64,000 bases of DNA. Source: Giardia intestinalis. Taxonomy: Eukaryota. Shown piece by piece: positions 41,715-50,904 of this stretch. The notes below the pieces were generated by a model that made no database searches, was not told the DNA's origin, and saw nothing but the letters and a program-made list of their open reading frames with translations. The position numbers were made by a program, and so were the translations under genes. The DNA lies in assembly GCA_000002435.2 (NCBI GenBank), contig CM018793.1. The stretch is one strand, 5' to 3'. Each line of letters opens with the position of its first letter. Within the stretch, counting starts at the first letter, position 1.

Positions 41715-42605
41715 TTATAGAACCCCCCACATGGTACAACAGGCCTCGCCGAAATTGCTCTTGAACACTCTGCGAATATCGCGTGCTAGATTACCGAAAA
41801 TAGCGTAGTTAAGCTTCACGTGCGGGCATTTGTCGTAATACATTGCCGTTGCGCGTGCACATCTCTCAACGTCACCCTTCTCTTCGACCGCCCTGAAGAT
41901 CAGGTACGCAGCGCCCTCGTTGGCATTGTTCAGGAAATGATGTGCAGTATGCGCGGCCGTTAGATCGTTCCCCTTGAACACTGTGCGCATACAATCGTGG
42001 ACAGTGCGCGACGTGGAAATTTCAAAGGCCTTTGAAATGCGCGCCCACTCATCGGGAGTTGTGGTGCCCAAGAGCTGAACAACGGCGTCCTCGTCTGCTT
42101 TCTTGCCACTGAGCGCCACGCGAAGCGCCTCTGCGTCTCCGGCGGGGTCATTTCGGGGTGCTCGACGAAATGCTATCCAAGAGAGGCAGAGGCGCGCCCA
42201 AAATGTCTTCGACCCAAGCTCTTGGAGCAGGTCGTTTGATAGATCGCGTCCAGTGCTGTTCTGATAGTACCTAGTAATGTAGTCCCATTCGTCCGGATTC
42301 GTTGTCAAAATATAGTCACATATTGCCTTTGGATTTTTGCCACCCTTCATCAGGGTTGTAAGATTTTGCGCCTTCATCTCTGGATACGGCTCCCAGGCCA
42401 TTGACATAAGACTTTGGAAGGGTCCTTTTTTGCAGTACATCTTGATGGCCTCACTTATGACGCGACCATGGTGCGCTTGGAAGGCGTTGGAAATCTCCTG
42501 ACGTTCTGCAGTTTTGTACCTCGCTGTTATCTTAAGCAAACCATCGTCGTTGCCATCGATTAGATGACGATTCAGCTCGTCTGCAACCTTGATAAAATCG
42601 ACCAT
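41715..42605 (-). CDS. alpha-giardin paralog (annexin-like), first of - strand triplet (296 aa)
   Basis: The protein reads MVDFIKVADELNRHLIDGNDDGLLKITARYKTAERQEISNAFQAHHG... and ends ...NYAIFGNLARDIRRVFKSNFGEACCTMWGVL. I prefer the ATG at 42605 (context gataaaaaccaaATG) over the upstream ATG at 42701. That upstream ATG would add a lysine-rich 32-aa extension encoded by the AT-rich promoter itself. Confidence 0.8.
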   Translation of the reverse strand: MVDFIKVADELNRHLIDGNDDGLLKITARYKTAERQEISNAFQAHHGRVISEAIKMYCKKGPFQSLMSMAWEPYPEMKAQNLTTLMKGGKNPKAICDYILTTNPDEWDYITRYYQNSTGRDLSNDLLQELGSKTFWARLCLSWIAFRRAPRNDPAGDAEALRVALSGKKADEDAVVQLLGTTTPDEWARISKAFEISTSRTVHDCMRTVFKGNDLTAAHTAHHFLNNANEGAAYLIFRAVEEKGDVERCARATAMYYDKCPHVKLNYAIFGNLARDIRRVFKSNFGEACCTMWGVL

Positions 42606-42715
42606 TTGGTTTTTATCTGCTCGCGTGTTTGTAAATTGACAAGGACAGATATTTTTGTCAACTTTTTTGTTAATTTTACTCTTTTCATAGAATTTTTTCA
42701 TCTATTTGGCGGACG
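42606..42715. promoter_or_regulatory. AT-rich divergent promoter region shared by alpha-giardin (-) and the 888-aa hypothetical gene (+)
   Basis: A 110-bp spacer (ttggtttttatctgc...tttttgttaattttactcttttcatagaattttttcatctatttggcggacg) lies between two divergently oriented ATGs. Giardia promoters are short AT-rich initiator regions placed directly upstream of the ATG, which is established knowledge. Confidence 0.4.
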
Positions 42716-45382
42716 ATGTCTCTGGCCGATATTTCCAGTAAACGGGACAAGTTGATCTCCGTCCTGGAAGCAGCGCGAGAGGAAGTAAAGAAACACAAAA
42801 AGTCTATCGCTAGTTGCAACCACGAAAGCTTCGACTGTAATGCAACCATGAAGGGTCTTTACGATACCAAGACAGTGATCGTTATGGCTCTAGGCGAAAA
42901 CGACAGTCTCATAGAAGATATAAACACGGCTATATCACAGGAGGATAACATTCTTAGCGAACCTTCTACGAAAGGACGACTCTTGTTTGCGGATTTGCTA
43001 GCTTTGAAAGAGAGTTTTTTAGCGACTAACGATCTCACAGATACATCCATTATAGAGCTCAAGTCATTGCTGGCACGGATAAAACCTGACTTGCTCAACA
43101 CCGCACTGGAGATGGACAAGCAAGTTCCACATTACTTGCCCACCCGGTCCACCCCAGATATTAGCGCGTCTAACGATCGCCGGTCGTTCTTGAGTAATCT
43201 GGATTCGTCCCGTGATGAAGGGCCTCAACCAGCTTCGGCAAAGGACGAATCAATGACTCACAAAGCTGACACTCTTCCATCTTCTGATTTGTCCGCTAAA
43301 GATGCTTATAACAAATTGGTATATTCGCACATCCCTGTTATCGATCACTATATGACTGCGCCAAGAAGCACGGAGTGTGTTGAAACAAAAGATCAAGCGT
43401 CTGCACAGAGAAGCGACTCCATAGCAATGCAGCAGGAATCGCAAGCTGATGCAGCAGCAACAGCCAAAGATATGGCCACAAAGCTGGAACGTCGCAAGAA
43501 TCGAGTGACCGCTGCACTGTCTGCTGCAGATTCGATTCGCAAAAACAGGTCCAAGCCTGCCTCCGCATTGTGCACTGATTCGGAGAAGGCTGCTCCTAAA
43601 GTGAGAATTAATCTATCCTCTTCTTATAACCGAAGACCTAACGCATCAGTAACCACTGACGATGATGCCCGTGTAGACATTGCAGCACGACGTGTTATGT
43701 ATAGACAACTTATGTTTCCAAGGTCTCAATCTGAACGGCGCCCTAGACGACAACAGCACACGAGTTCGAGCCTGCCGCCGCGCTCTCTGGAATCAAGTCT
43801 CTCTCTTAGACAAATGTGTACCCCGAAGCTTGCTGTCTCAAAGCGCCCTCTGTCTTCCATCTGTTCCACTGCACCGCATCCGTCTCATAGAGATTACACT
43901 ACAGAGCGAGAAGCCAAGGGCTGGCCAAAAGCGTCAGACAAATATGATATAGCACAGATTATGCATCCACCAAGAAACATATATGGGTGCAAGAAGCAAA
44001 TGAAGACAAGCACATGGAAGCGCTATAAGTATCAGGAGGAAGCATGTGCTCCATTCCGCAAGCTCAATCCTACGTATGACAATTCTCTCCACGGTGGGTT
44101 ACGCTATGATAAGGACCCCACACTTACCTACTCCGTAAAAAACAGGCCTCATTACCACCCATCATGGAGAGGCCCAGAAGATGTGCAGCAGGAAGTAGCG
44201 TCCAAAATACATTACGAAGGATTGCACAGTAAAGAAGATTATGTCCACTCAAGCATAGAGCATAACCCATTCCATAATAATGCGACCACGTCAGCGACGC
44301 GCGCTGGGCGCAAAGAACTTACGGAGGATCACTATAGCAACGGTGCTAATCGACGTAAGCTCGCTTGGGACCACTCTGCAAAGAAATATGAGAGCAGGAT
44401 GGAGGTAGCAGAAAGAAAACACACAACAAGGCGGCACCACACCTACGTTACTCACACCCCTCAGCCGACCATCGAAGAGCCAGGCCTATATAGCATAAAA
44501 AAGACAGTGTACTCTCTCAAAAACCAACTCAACGACGCGAAGGCAGAAATCAGATGGCTTAAGAACCAGATGGCGTCTCAGAACAACACTGTAGCCTCCT
44601 TTGGAAACTCTATTACCGATGTTGCCAAGGGCATCATGAGGGATAATGTTCGTGTTGCATCGTTAGTCCGCGCCAACAATGACTTGGTGAAAAGGGAATC
44701 AAACCTGCTAAACGCCAAAATTACTGCAGTTAAGCTCAAAGCGGAAAGGCAGCACAACGCTACAAGAGCAGAATCCAGAAGCTATCGTGAGCAAGATACT
44801 GCACACTATAGTAACACTGACAGCGAAGTAGAATCTGACGATCACCACTTTGTTGATCTACTTGCGCCATACAAGACGGGCGACGGGATTATGAGTGCCC
44901 AGAAGCCAGTCGTTGTTCTCGGCCACATTTTAGACAGTCAAGAAAATGTCATGCTGCGTCGTAGTGCAGATGCAATTGACACGTTGTCAACCATGTCGAC
45001 AGCCCTCGACAGTCTGCACTTGTCTAACTCACGTTCACAACCAACATCTGCTCTTCAGGACTCTAACAAATCGTTGCAGCGACCTAAGATCAACCCTACT
45101 CACGACATACTATCCATACCAAGCACTCAGGATGCATGCAAAAAGGGCTTGAGAAGAACATGTGATTGCTCGCGGTGCTCACGTAACATGAATAGAGGAT
45201 TCCTGCAAACAATGGGGGACTTCGCAGATCCACCACTGACGGGATCAGCGCCCAAAGCCAACGCAGACTCCATAGCATTTGCACAGAAAATGATGTCAGC
45301 AGATATGGCCGATGGATACTATCAGCGTAGATTTGTTGCTGCTGCTGTTAAGAATATATCAAATAGACCCAGGTATGATTGA
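42716..45382 (+). CDS. hypothetical protein (888 aa), largely low-complexity/basic with a short coiled coil
   Basis: The ORF begins at a true ATG and is long and uninterrupted. It is S/T/R/K-rich with a predicted heptad region (LKNQLNDAKAEIRWLKNQMASQNN...NNDLVKRESNLLNAKITAVKLKAERQ). I recognised no catalytic motifs. Confidence 0.5.
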   Translation: MSLADISSKRDKLISVLEAAREEVKKHKKSIASCNHESFDCNATMKGLYDTKTVIVMALGENDSLIEDINTAISQEDNILSEPSTKGRLLFADLLALKESFLATNDLTDTSIIELKSLLARIKPDLLNTALEMDKQVPHYLPTRSTPDISASNDRRSFLSNLDSSRDEGPQPASAKDESMTHKADTLPSSDLSAKDAYNKLVYSHIPVIDHYMTAPRSTECVETKDQASAQRSDSIAMQQESQADAAATAKDMATKLERRKNRVTAALSAADSIRKNRSKPASALCTDSEKAAPKVRINLSSSYNRRPNASVTTDDDARVDIAARRVMYRQLMFPRSQSERRPRRQQHTSSSLPPRSLESSLSLRQMCTPKLAVSKRPLSSICSTAPHPSHRDYTTEREAKGWPKASDKYDIAQIMHPPRNIYGCKKQMKTSTWKRYKYQEEACAPFRKLNPTYDNSLHGGLRYDKDPTLTYSVKNRPHYHPSWRGPEDVQQEVASKIHYEGLHSKEDYVHSSIEHNPFHNNATTSATRAGRKELTEDHYSNGANRRKLAWDHSAKKYESRMEVAERKHTTRRHHTYVTHTPQPTIEEPGLYSIKKTVYSLKNQLNDAKAEIRWLKNQMASQNNTVASFGNSITDVAKGIMRDNVRVASLVRANNDLVKRESNLLNAKITAVKLKAERQHNATRAESRSYREQDTAHYSNTDSEVESDDHHFVDLLAPYKTGDGIMSAQKPVVVLGHILDSQENVMLRRSADAIDTLSTMSTALDSLHLSNSRSQPTSALQDSNKSLQRPKINPTHDILSIPSTQDACKKGLRRTCDCSRCSRNMNRGFLQTMGDFADPPLTGSAPKANADSIAFAQKMMSADMADGYYQRRFVAAAVKNISNRPRYD

Positions 45383-45439
45383 AACTTCTACCTATTGTAA
45401 ATTTATGACTGTTAGATCTTGCTTGTTCACTTAAATTCA

Positions 45440-47656
45440 ATGACTACAAATCCCGTTGTAACTAGCCTCCTGTTAACTATCAACGAGATATCCCAACGCC
45501 AGGACACAACAATGCGTTTTGTTGAGCGGATAACGAAGCAGCTAGGTCATTTAAAAGGCGTAGTAGAATCCAGTCAGGGCCCGTTCCCAGGCTCCAAGAT
45601 GACAAAAGAGGAGTTAGCTACATCGTTGGGAGAGATACTAAAATACATAGAAGCTAATTTATTAGAGACTAACGATGTTCGTGAGCTGCTTTCAGGCTTG
45701 GAGGAGACACTTAATGGAATTGGTTCATCGTCAGACAAAGCCCTATTGAAAACCAAGCTGAGCCTAGGTCTTTCTGATTGCTACCTTATAATGGAGGGAC
45801 TTCTTGCAGCGAAAGACATAGGGCAATACATCCTATTAAATACTGACAAAGAAACTAAGCAAGACACGCCTTCAGAATTAGATACCGATAAGCAAGATGA
45901 TGAGCTTTCCATTCACGTTGATATATTATCAGAGAGCCTCGCCGATGAAGCGTCCTTATTGACAGTGGGAGAAAAGCTACCTGACCTTGAACGACGAGTC
46001 AAATTCGATCACGATAACGGGTCCTCTCTCAGTAGCCTTCCTGAATCAACTGTGCTGACTAGTTTGACTAGCGTCTGCCCTGCTGGATCACCTAATTCTG
46101 CGAAGAGTGCTTCAAAAACATCTATACAAGCAAAATTAGAAGAGTTTCTAGCAATTAGAGCTAGTGCAAAACAGAAGAAGCCCGAACTTGTCACCAAGCT
46201 TCCTCCAGCTGTGCCCCAACAACATGGAAAGAACCCCCCGATCTCATCTCTCAACCTAAGCGTGACCAGTGTGGATTCCAATGCAAATGATAGCCTGATA
46301 ACAGAGCCAGCTCCCTTGGCCGTTAGTGCCAGTGTGCTAGACCCCACGGAGCCACAGAATGGCCGCCAAAACATCGCACCAATACAATCTCTCAAAACCC
46401 TGGAATCTGTCTCAGAACTAGAACAGCGAAACCTGGAGAAGAAACATAACCCTATGACTAACCCACAGCAAGCATTGATAAAGTCTAATCGAAGTAATAA
46501 AAGTTGCACTGGGACTAGTACACGCTCTGGAAGTACTAACAGGACCCCCTTAAGAGCCATAAATACACCTCACCAGAGCAGCCAACCAGCCCAGACTGCA
46601 GTAAGACCTAGCTCTGTTAAGAAGTCTAGACCTATAGTGTTATTGGACAATGTTTCTTTGAGCATGGCGACTTCACCGCAACAGGTTCAAGCCACGGAGC
46701 TTACAGGCCATCCTGTGAAGAATTATTCGGGTAAAATATCCAAGCGGACTCCGTGCTCGATGCCTGCCACGCCGACAAAGTTTATATCTCCTAAGCAGCC
46801 TCAAGCGAAGTCATACTATAGTACCCCTACCTCCACAACACCAACCTCAGTACAGGTGGGGCGTTTACCCTCGCCACCCAAGCTATCATCTCGTTCTCCA
46901 TCCTCTGGTTCCCCAGCAACGGCCTCTTCGCAGGCTCGGCTAGTTATTAAAAACATGGAGGAGCAGGCTTTGAAACAGGACGCTATAATAAAGGGTTTGG
47001 CTACAGAGCTACAATCTATGAAACGGAAGGTCGAGGACATGCAGACTGATTATAGGCAGCAGGAAGAGGAAGTTAAGCAATTACTCTTAGAGTCTTCCAA
47101 GGTCCAGAATGAGTACGAAGAAAAAATCCGTAAACTCAAAGATGAGCTCGCTGAGCAAAGAGATCTAGCAATTTATTGGAGAGAAAAGGCACAGCAATGG
47201 GAGGAGATGAATCAGGCTTTAAGCCACCAGATTGCAATGTTTAAATACAACAAAGATGATTCCATTATACCCGTTTCACATGGGGACACCGATGGTGAGA
47301 ATTCAGAAGGTGCCAGCTCAATTGCAGGTACATATGCACACAAAAGCAGAGAGCCTACACACTCTACGTCCATAATTCAGCAACCCAGCAAAATACAGAG
47401 TAAGCCAGACTACACTACCTTATCTGATGAGAAGTACAACAGGCTAGAAACAGACTATCTTAATGGACGCCTAGGAAACTATTACAGCCTCAATAGAGAA
47501 AGATTTTCACAGAAGACCTTATCTGTGATAGATCTATACAAGATTCTTGGTAACTATGATCGTCAAATTGCAGAGCTGATGCATTCAAACAAAGATTTAG
47601 AGGAAAAGTTGGATGTATATCAGGGTCTGTTTAGGGCTATTTCAGGGGCCGATTGA
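45440..47656 (+). CDS. hypothetical S/T/P-rich protein (738 aa) with C-terminal coiled coil
   Basis: The track start at 45419 is TTG. The ATG at 45440 is preceded by cttaaattca. The central region is S/T/P/Q-rich. The C-terminal 230 aa or so are heptad coiled coil (MEEQALKQDAIIKGLATELQSMKRKVEDMQTDYRQQEEEVKQLLLESSKVQNEYEEKIRKLKDELAEQRDLAIYWREKAQQWEEMN). Confidence 0.5.
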   Translation: MTTNPVVTSLLLTINEISQRQDTTMRFVERITKQLGHLKGVVESSQGPFPGSKMTKEELATSLGEILKYIEANLLETNDVRELLSGLEETLNGIGSSSDKALLKTKLSLGLSDCYLIMEGLLAAKDIGQYILLNTDKETKQDTPSELDTDKQDDELSIHVDILSESLADEASLLTVGEKLPDLERRVKFDHDNGSSLSSLPESTVLTSLTSVCPAGSPNSAKSASKTSIQAKLEEFLAIRASAKQKKPELVTKLPPAVPQQHGKNPPISSLNLSVTSVDSNANDSLITEPAPLAVSASVLDPTEPQNGRQNIAPIQSLKTLESVSELEQRNLEKKHNPMTNPQQALIKSNRSNKSCTGTSTRSGSTNRTPLRAINTPHQSSQPAQTAVRPSSVKKSRPIVLLDNVSLSMATSPQQVQATELTGHPVKNYSGKISKRTPCSMPATPTKFISPKQPQAKSYYSTPTSTTPTSVQVGRLPSPPKLSSRSPSSGSPATASSQARLVIKNMEEQALKQDAIIKGLATELQSMKRKVEDMQTDYRQQEEEVKQLLLESSKVQNEYEEKIRKLKDELAEQRDLAIYWREKAQQWEEMNQALSHQIAMFKYNKDDSIIPVSHGDTDGENSEGASSIAGTYAHKSREPTHSTSIIQQPSKIQSKPDYTTLSDEKYNRLETDYLNGRLGNYYSLNRERFSQKTLSVIDLYKILGNYDRQIAELMHSNKDLEEKLDVYQGLFRAISGAD

Positions 47657-47744
47657 TATCTTTTGAGAGTCCTGATGTGATGCGGATAAGAAAGTTGTTT
47701 TATCTGCTTCGGAAGAGAAGAGATAAAAACTTCACATCACAAGC

Positions 47745-49754
47745 ATGCGCCGAACATTTGTGCTCGTTGCGTCATCCGATATCCTTTGCGTCAGTTTCTG
47801 TCTTTCTCGTATCACCGGTGCTCCTCTTACAGCAACAACATTTCGCGCTCCCTCTGACGAAACTGCTGATCTTCGTCGACAACTGTTTTCTGGCCTACTC
47901 TCCGTCAGAAACAGGGTGGTCTTGCCCTGGATAGATATTATTAGTGAAGATAATGCGTCTTTTTGCGTGCTGACTAAGATGTCGACTGGTATGCCTCTGC
48001 CGATTTTTTGGAAAGTATATAGGGCAGTTGAGGGCTCTGATGCTGCTTTCAGAGTGATTCGTTTATTAGTAACATTTATACTCACTGTAGAAAATCAAGT
48101 ACAATCTTCACTTATAAAAATATTGGTGTACAGCTTAGCCAATTGTCACGACTTAACTGTTAACGGAGATGGGTTCCTCGTGCTGTATATAGATGGGCCC
48201 AAGCTAATTAGTCGTTTGCCACTCGTTATGAGACCAGTACTTGGTCTTCAACAGCAGTTTCTCTGGCGTATAATGACTCACCTTCTCAAAGACCCAGATA
48301 GAGTTGGTGATACTACAGTAGAGCCTCCATCACTGTCTCAATTACACGGTTGGCCGGATAAGGTACTTTACTTTTTGAGGGATTTGTGTGCATATCCGGT
48401 TGTTTTGTCTGTAGGTGTTGCTGATACTTGCTCTTATCTAAGCAGCTATCCCAACCCTTGGCACATCCCCTTGCACACACTGCGGGCAAACCCGGTTTCA
48501 AGCTCCCTCAACTCGGTACAATCGTCCGAGCTCTTTGGGGAATCTATGGAGCTGCTCAACACATACATCGATATGAACTCTCGGTTGCGACAGCCTGAGT
48601 TCAAGGGCCTCCTACTTACAGCCGAGATATACCCGTGGAAGATTCCCGTTGGTGCTCTGGCCCGAGCATATATGTACGGCAGGTCAACTCTTGCTGTGGA
48701 GGAAGCATTCTCCTTAGCCATGCAGCGAGGCAACTACGGCATCCTGGCTGGCATGGCACACCTTTGTAAGTCAACCAACATAAAGCTGACATCTCTTATG
48801 CTGGAAGTTCTGCGTCAAGCAGATCCTGATGTCTCATGCTGCAGCTTCGTCTTATCTGAAAAAGATAAAGAAACCTTATGGCTGAACTCCACACATGGGT
48901 ATTCTGCACTTATGTTTGCTGTATTGACACGCAATAAGACAATAGTCGAATGCATTTTGCCCCATGAAGTGACTATGACGAATGCCTGCGGACACAGTGC
49001 CCTCGCCATTGCCCGGCAGCTTAGGCTAGAGCCTATATGTGCTGTGCTTACGCGCTACCTTCCTACTTATGATGCATTTGGAAACACCTATTTACACACG
49101 GTTGTTCAAGAGAACGGCGAGAATACAGATGCAATTAAGCAACATATATTTCTTTCTCAGATACAAAATAGCGCAGGAGAGTACGCCATCATGATAGCCT
49201 ACCGGCTAAAGAAATATAAGGTCCTTTCTGTCCTTTCGCAGTCTGAAGGCCGCCTCGTCCATCCAGTGACTATTTGTCATAACAATCTATCTATCTCTAA
49301 ACTCTCTGTACTTCAGCTTGCTGCTCTTGATGGGGATGGTGCCGCTGTGCGTGCTGTTAAGCAATACGGTCACTCTGTTGTCACCGATCATGGCTACACT
49401 GCATTGATGTTTGCCGCCGAAAGAGGACACAGTGACATAGTTCGTGAGCTGGCTCCATTTGAGGCACGACAGACAAATGACGCGGGAAAGACAGCCTTGT
49501 TGTTGGCTATATGTGCCGGACACTTGGATGTGGTTAAGGTCTTGGCGGACTATGAGACAAGGCTAACAGATAGCACAGGGTGGTGCCCTCTTGAACAGGC
49601 AGTGAGACGTAGCAGAATAGGCATGGTCGAAGTGCTTGCACCATATGAGGCCAAGATCTTTGGGGCAAGGGCCATCGATGCAGTTGACTCATCAGCATTT
49701 ATTGCACAGGCTAACCGCCGTTCTATTAAGGAGATCATCAGAAAATACATGTGA
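47745..49754 (+). CDS. ankyrin-repeat protein (protein 21.1-type)
   Basis: The C-terminal half holds multiple ankyrin repeats (YSALMFAVLTRNKTIVECIL, HSALAIARQL, NTYLHTVVQENGENTDAI, YTALMFAAERGHSDIVRELA, KTALLLAICAGHLDVVKVLA, WCPLEQAVRRSRIGMVEVLA). An ATG is present at 47745. An alternative start at 47979 (MSTGMPLPIFWK) cannot be excluded. Confidence 0.7.
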   Translation: MRRTFVLVASSDILCVSFCLSRITGAPLTATTFRAPSDETADLRRQLFSGLLSVRNRVVLPWIDIISEDNASFCVLTKMSTGMPLPIFWKVYRAVEGSDAAFRVIRLLVTFILTVENQVQSSLIKILVYSLANCHDLTVNGDGFLVLYIDGPKLISRLPLVMRPVLGLQQQFLWRIMTHLLKDPDRVGDTTVEPPSLSQLHGWPDKVLYFLRDLCAYPVVLSVGVADTCSYLSSYPNPWHIPLHTLRANPVSSSLNSVQSSELFGESMELLNTYIDMNSRLRQPEFKGLLLTAEIYPWKIPVGALARAYMYGRSTLAVEEAFSLAMQRGNYGILAGMAHLCKSTNIKLTSLMLEVLRQADPDVSCCSFVLSEKDKETLWLNSTHGYSALMFAVLTRNKTIVECILPHEVTMTNACGHSALAIARQLRLEPICAVLTRYLPTYDAFGNTYLHTVVQENGENTDAIKQHIFLSQIQNSAGEYAIMIAYRLKKYKVLSVLSQSEGRLVHPVTICHNNLSISKLSVLQLAALDGDGAAVRAVKQYGHSVVTDHGYTALMFAAERGHSDIVRELAPFEARQTNDAGKTALLLAICAGHLDVVKVLADYETRLTDSTGWCPLEQAVRRSRIGMVEVLAPYEAKIFGARAIDAVDSSAFIAQANRRSIKEIIRKYM

Positions 49755-49799
49755 TGCCTTTAGACGAGAAAAGCAATCCTACCTTAATTTACAAGCGTT

Positions 49800-50306
49800 C
49801 TACTTGGAGTCCTCATTGAACAGAGTAACGTACTGTGATAAAACTTCTTCTAAATTATCATCTCCAAAGATGGCAAATGGCTTCAAGACAATGCATTGAA
49901 AAAGCCGACCCATGGCACACACAGGTCTTGATATTTCATAAGGCGTTATGGTTTCCATGTAACTATCTAAGGTAGCTCCGCAGGTCATTATTACGCGCCA
50001 CTTCTTCTGTGCAAGTGGCTTCTGAGCACCCCCTGCCCATTCTATAGTGAACACACAGTCCAGAAATGCCTTCATAGATGCTGGACAATTATACCAATAC
50101 ACTGGGTACTGGAAGAAGATGGCGTCTGCCTTTTCGATGCGTCGCTGCTCCTCGGCTATCTGCTCTTTGGATAAAACGAGGGCGGGATATAGCCCATCGA
50201 GATGCCGTATCTTTATATTCTTCTGGTCGCGCACCTTGTCTAGGAGGGTCTTATTTACTTTGGAAGCCGGCTCCAACGGGTGTGAATAGTAAAGAAGAAT
50301 CCTCAT
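49800..50306 (-). CDS. NAD(P)H oxidoreductase, flavodoxin-like fold (KefF/MdaB/general stress protein 14 family; Flavodoxin_2)
   Basis: The protein reads MRILLYYSHPLEPASKVNKTLL...IKIRHLDGLYPALVLSKEQIAEEQRRIEKADAIFFQYPVYWYNCPASMKAFLDCVF. It aligns closely with E. coli KefF as I recall it (MILIIYAHP...IRSLYQLYPDFNIDIAAEQEALSRADLIVWQHPMQWYSIPPLLKLWIDKVF). The track start at 50330 is TTG. The ATG at 50306 is preceded by gtacataaaa. Confidence 0.8.
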   Translation of the reverse strand: MRILLYYSHPLEPASKVNKTLLDKVRDQKNIKIRHLDGLYPALVLSKEQIAEEQRRIEKADAIFFQYPVYWYNCPASMKAFLDCVFTIEWAGGAQKPLAQKKWRVIMTCGATLDSYMETITPYEISRPVCAMGRLFQCIVLKPFAIFGDDNLEEVLSQYVTLFNEDSK

Positions 50307-50361
50307 TTTTATGTACCTTCTCCAATCCAAGGTTGTGCCTTTGAAACATGCAAACCGGAAT

Positions 50362-50856
50362 TTACTTAAAGAGCTTCAAATAGTTATCCACTAGTGTGTC
50401 CTTGTCAGTGTCAGCAAAAACGATGAAAGGCGGGAGCGGATCGCACTTGCAGAACTTGAAGCTTTGGTTAAAAGGCTTAGCTAAGTCGCTTGCAGAAAGT
50501 TCTCCGCCATAGCCTTCCATCTTCCCTCCGCACGTGCAGATGACACGGAACTTCTTGCCCGCGATCACGGCCTTGGAGCCGAAGGCCCACCCGTACGTCA
50601 GCACGCTATCCATAAAGACCTTAAGAGAAGGCGGTGATGAATACCAATGCACGGGGAACTGGAAGAAAACTGCGTCCGCCTTCTCTATGATCCTTTGCTC
50701 CTCGCTGACCTGCTCAGGGGTCATATGCAGGCTCGGGTAGAGCTCATCCAGCCAGCGGACTTTTACGTTTCCGAGCTTCTTGGCCTCCTCAACGAGGGGT
50801 GCGTTGACGACGCTCTTCAACTCCGCAGGGTGGGAGTAGTAGAGGACGATACGCAT
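50362..50856 (-). CDS. NAD(P)H oxidoreductase, flavodoxin-like fold (tandem paralog of the preceding gene)
   Basis: The protein reads MRIVLYYSHPAELKSVVNAPLVEEAKKLGNVKVRWLDELYPSLHMTPEQVSEEQRIIEKADAVFFQFPVHWYSSPPSLKVFMDSVL. It is roughly half identical to the neighbouring paralog by eye. The ATG at 50856 is preceded by ccgtttaaaa. The track start at 50886 is TTG. Confidence 0.8.
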   Translation of the reverse strand: MRIVLYYSHPAELKSVVNAPLVEEAKKLGNVKVRWLDELYPSLHMTPEQVSEEQRIIEKADAVFFQFPVHWYSSPPSLKVFMDSVLTYGWAFGSKAVIAGKKFRVICTCGGKMEGYGGELSASDLAKPFNQSFKFCKCDPLPPFIVFADTDKDTLVDNYLKLFK

Positions 50857-50904
50857 TTTTAAACGGCTGAATAATATCAACCACAATAATTTGAGGCAAA
50901 TTGT

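Noticed and set aside
42606-42701. Upstream ATG at 42701 extending the alpha-giardin by 32 lysine-rich residues (MKKFYEKSKINKKVDKN...)
   Set aside because: The extension is encoded by the AT-rich promoter block itself. It would overlap the divergent promoter of the neighbouring gene, and it is absent from the other five paralogs. The ATG at 42605 has the canonical context.
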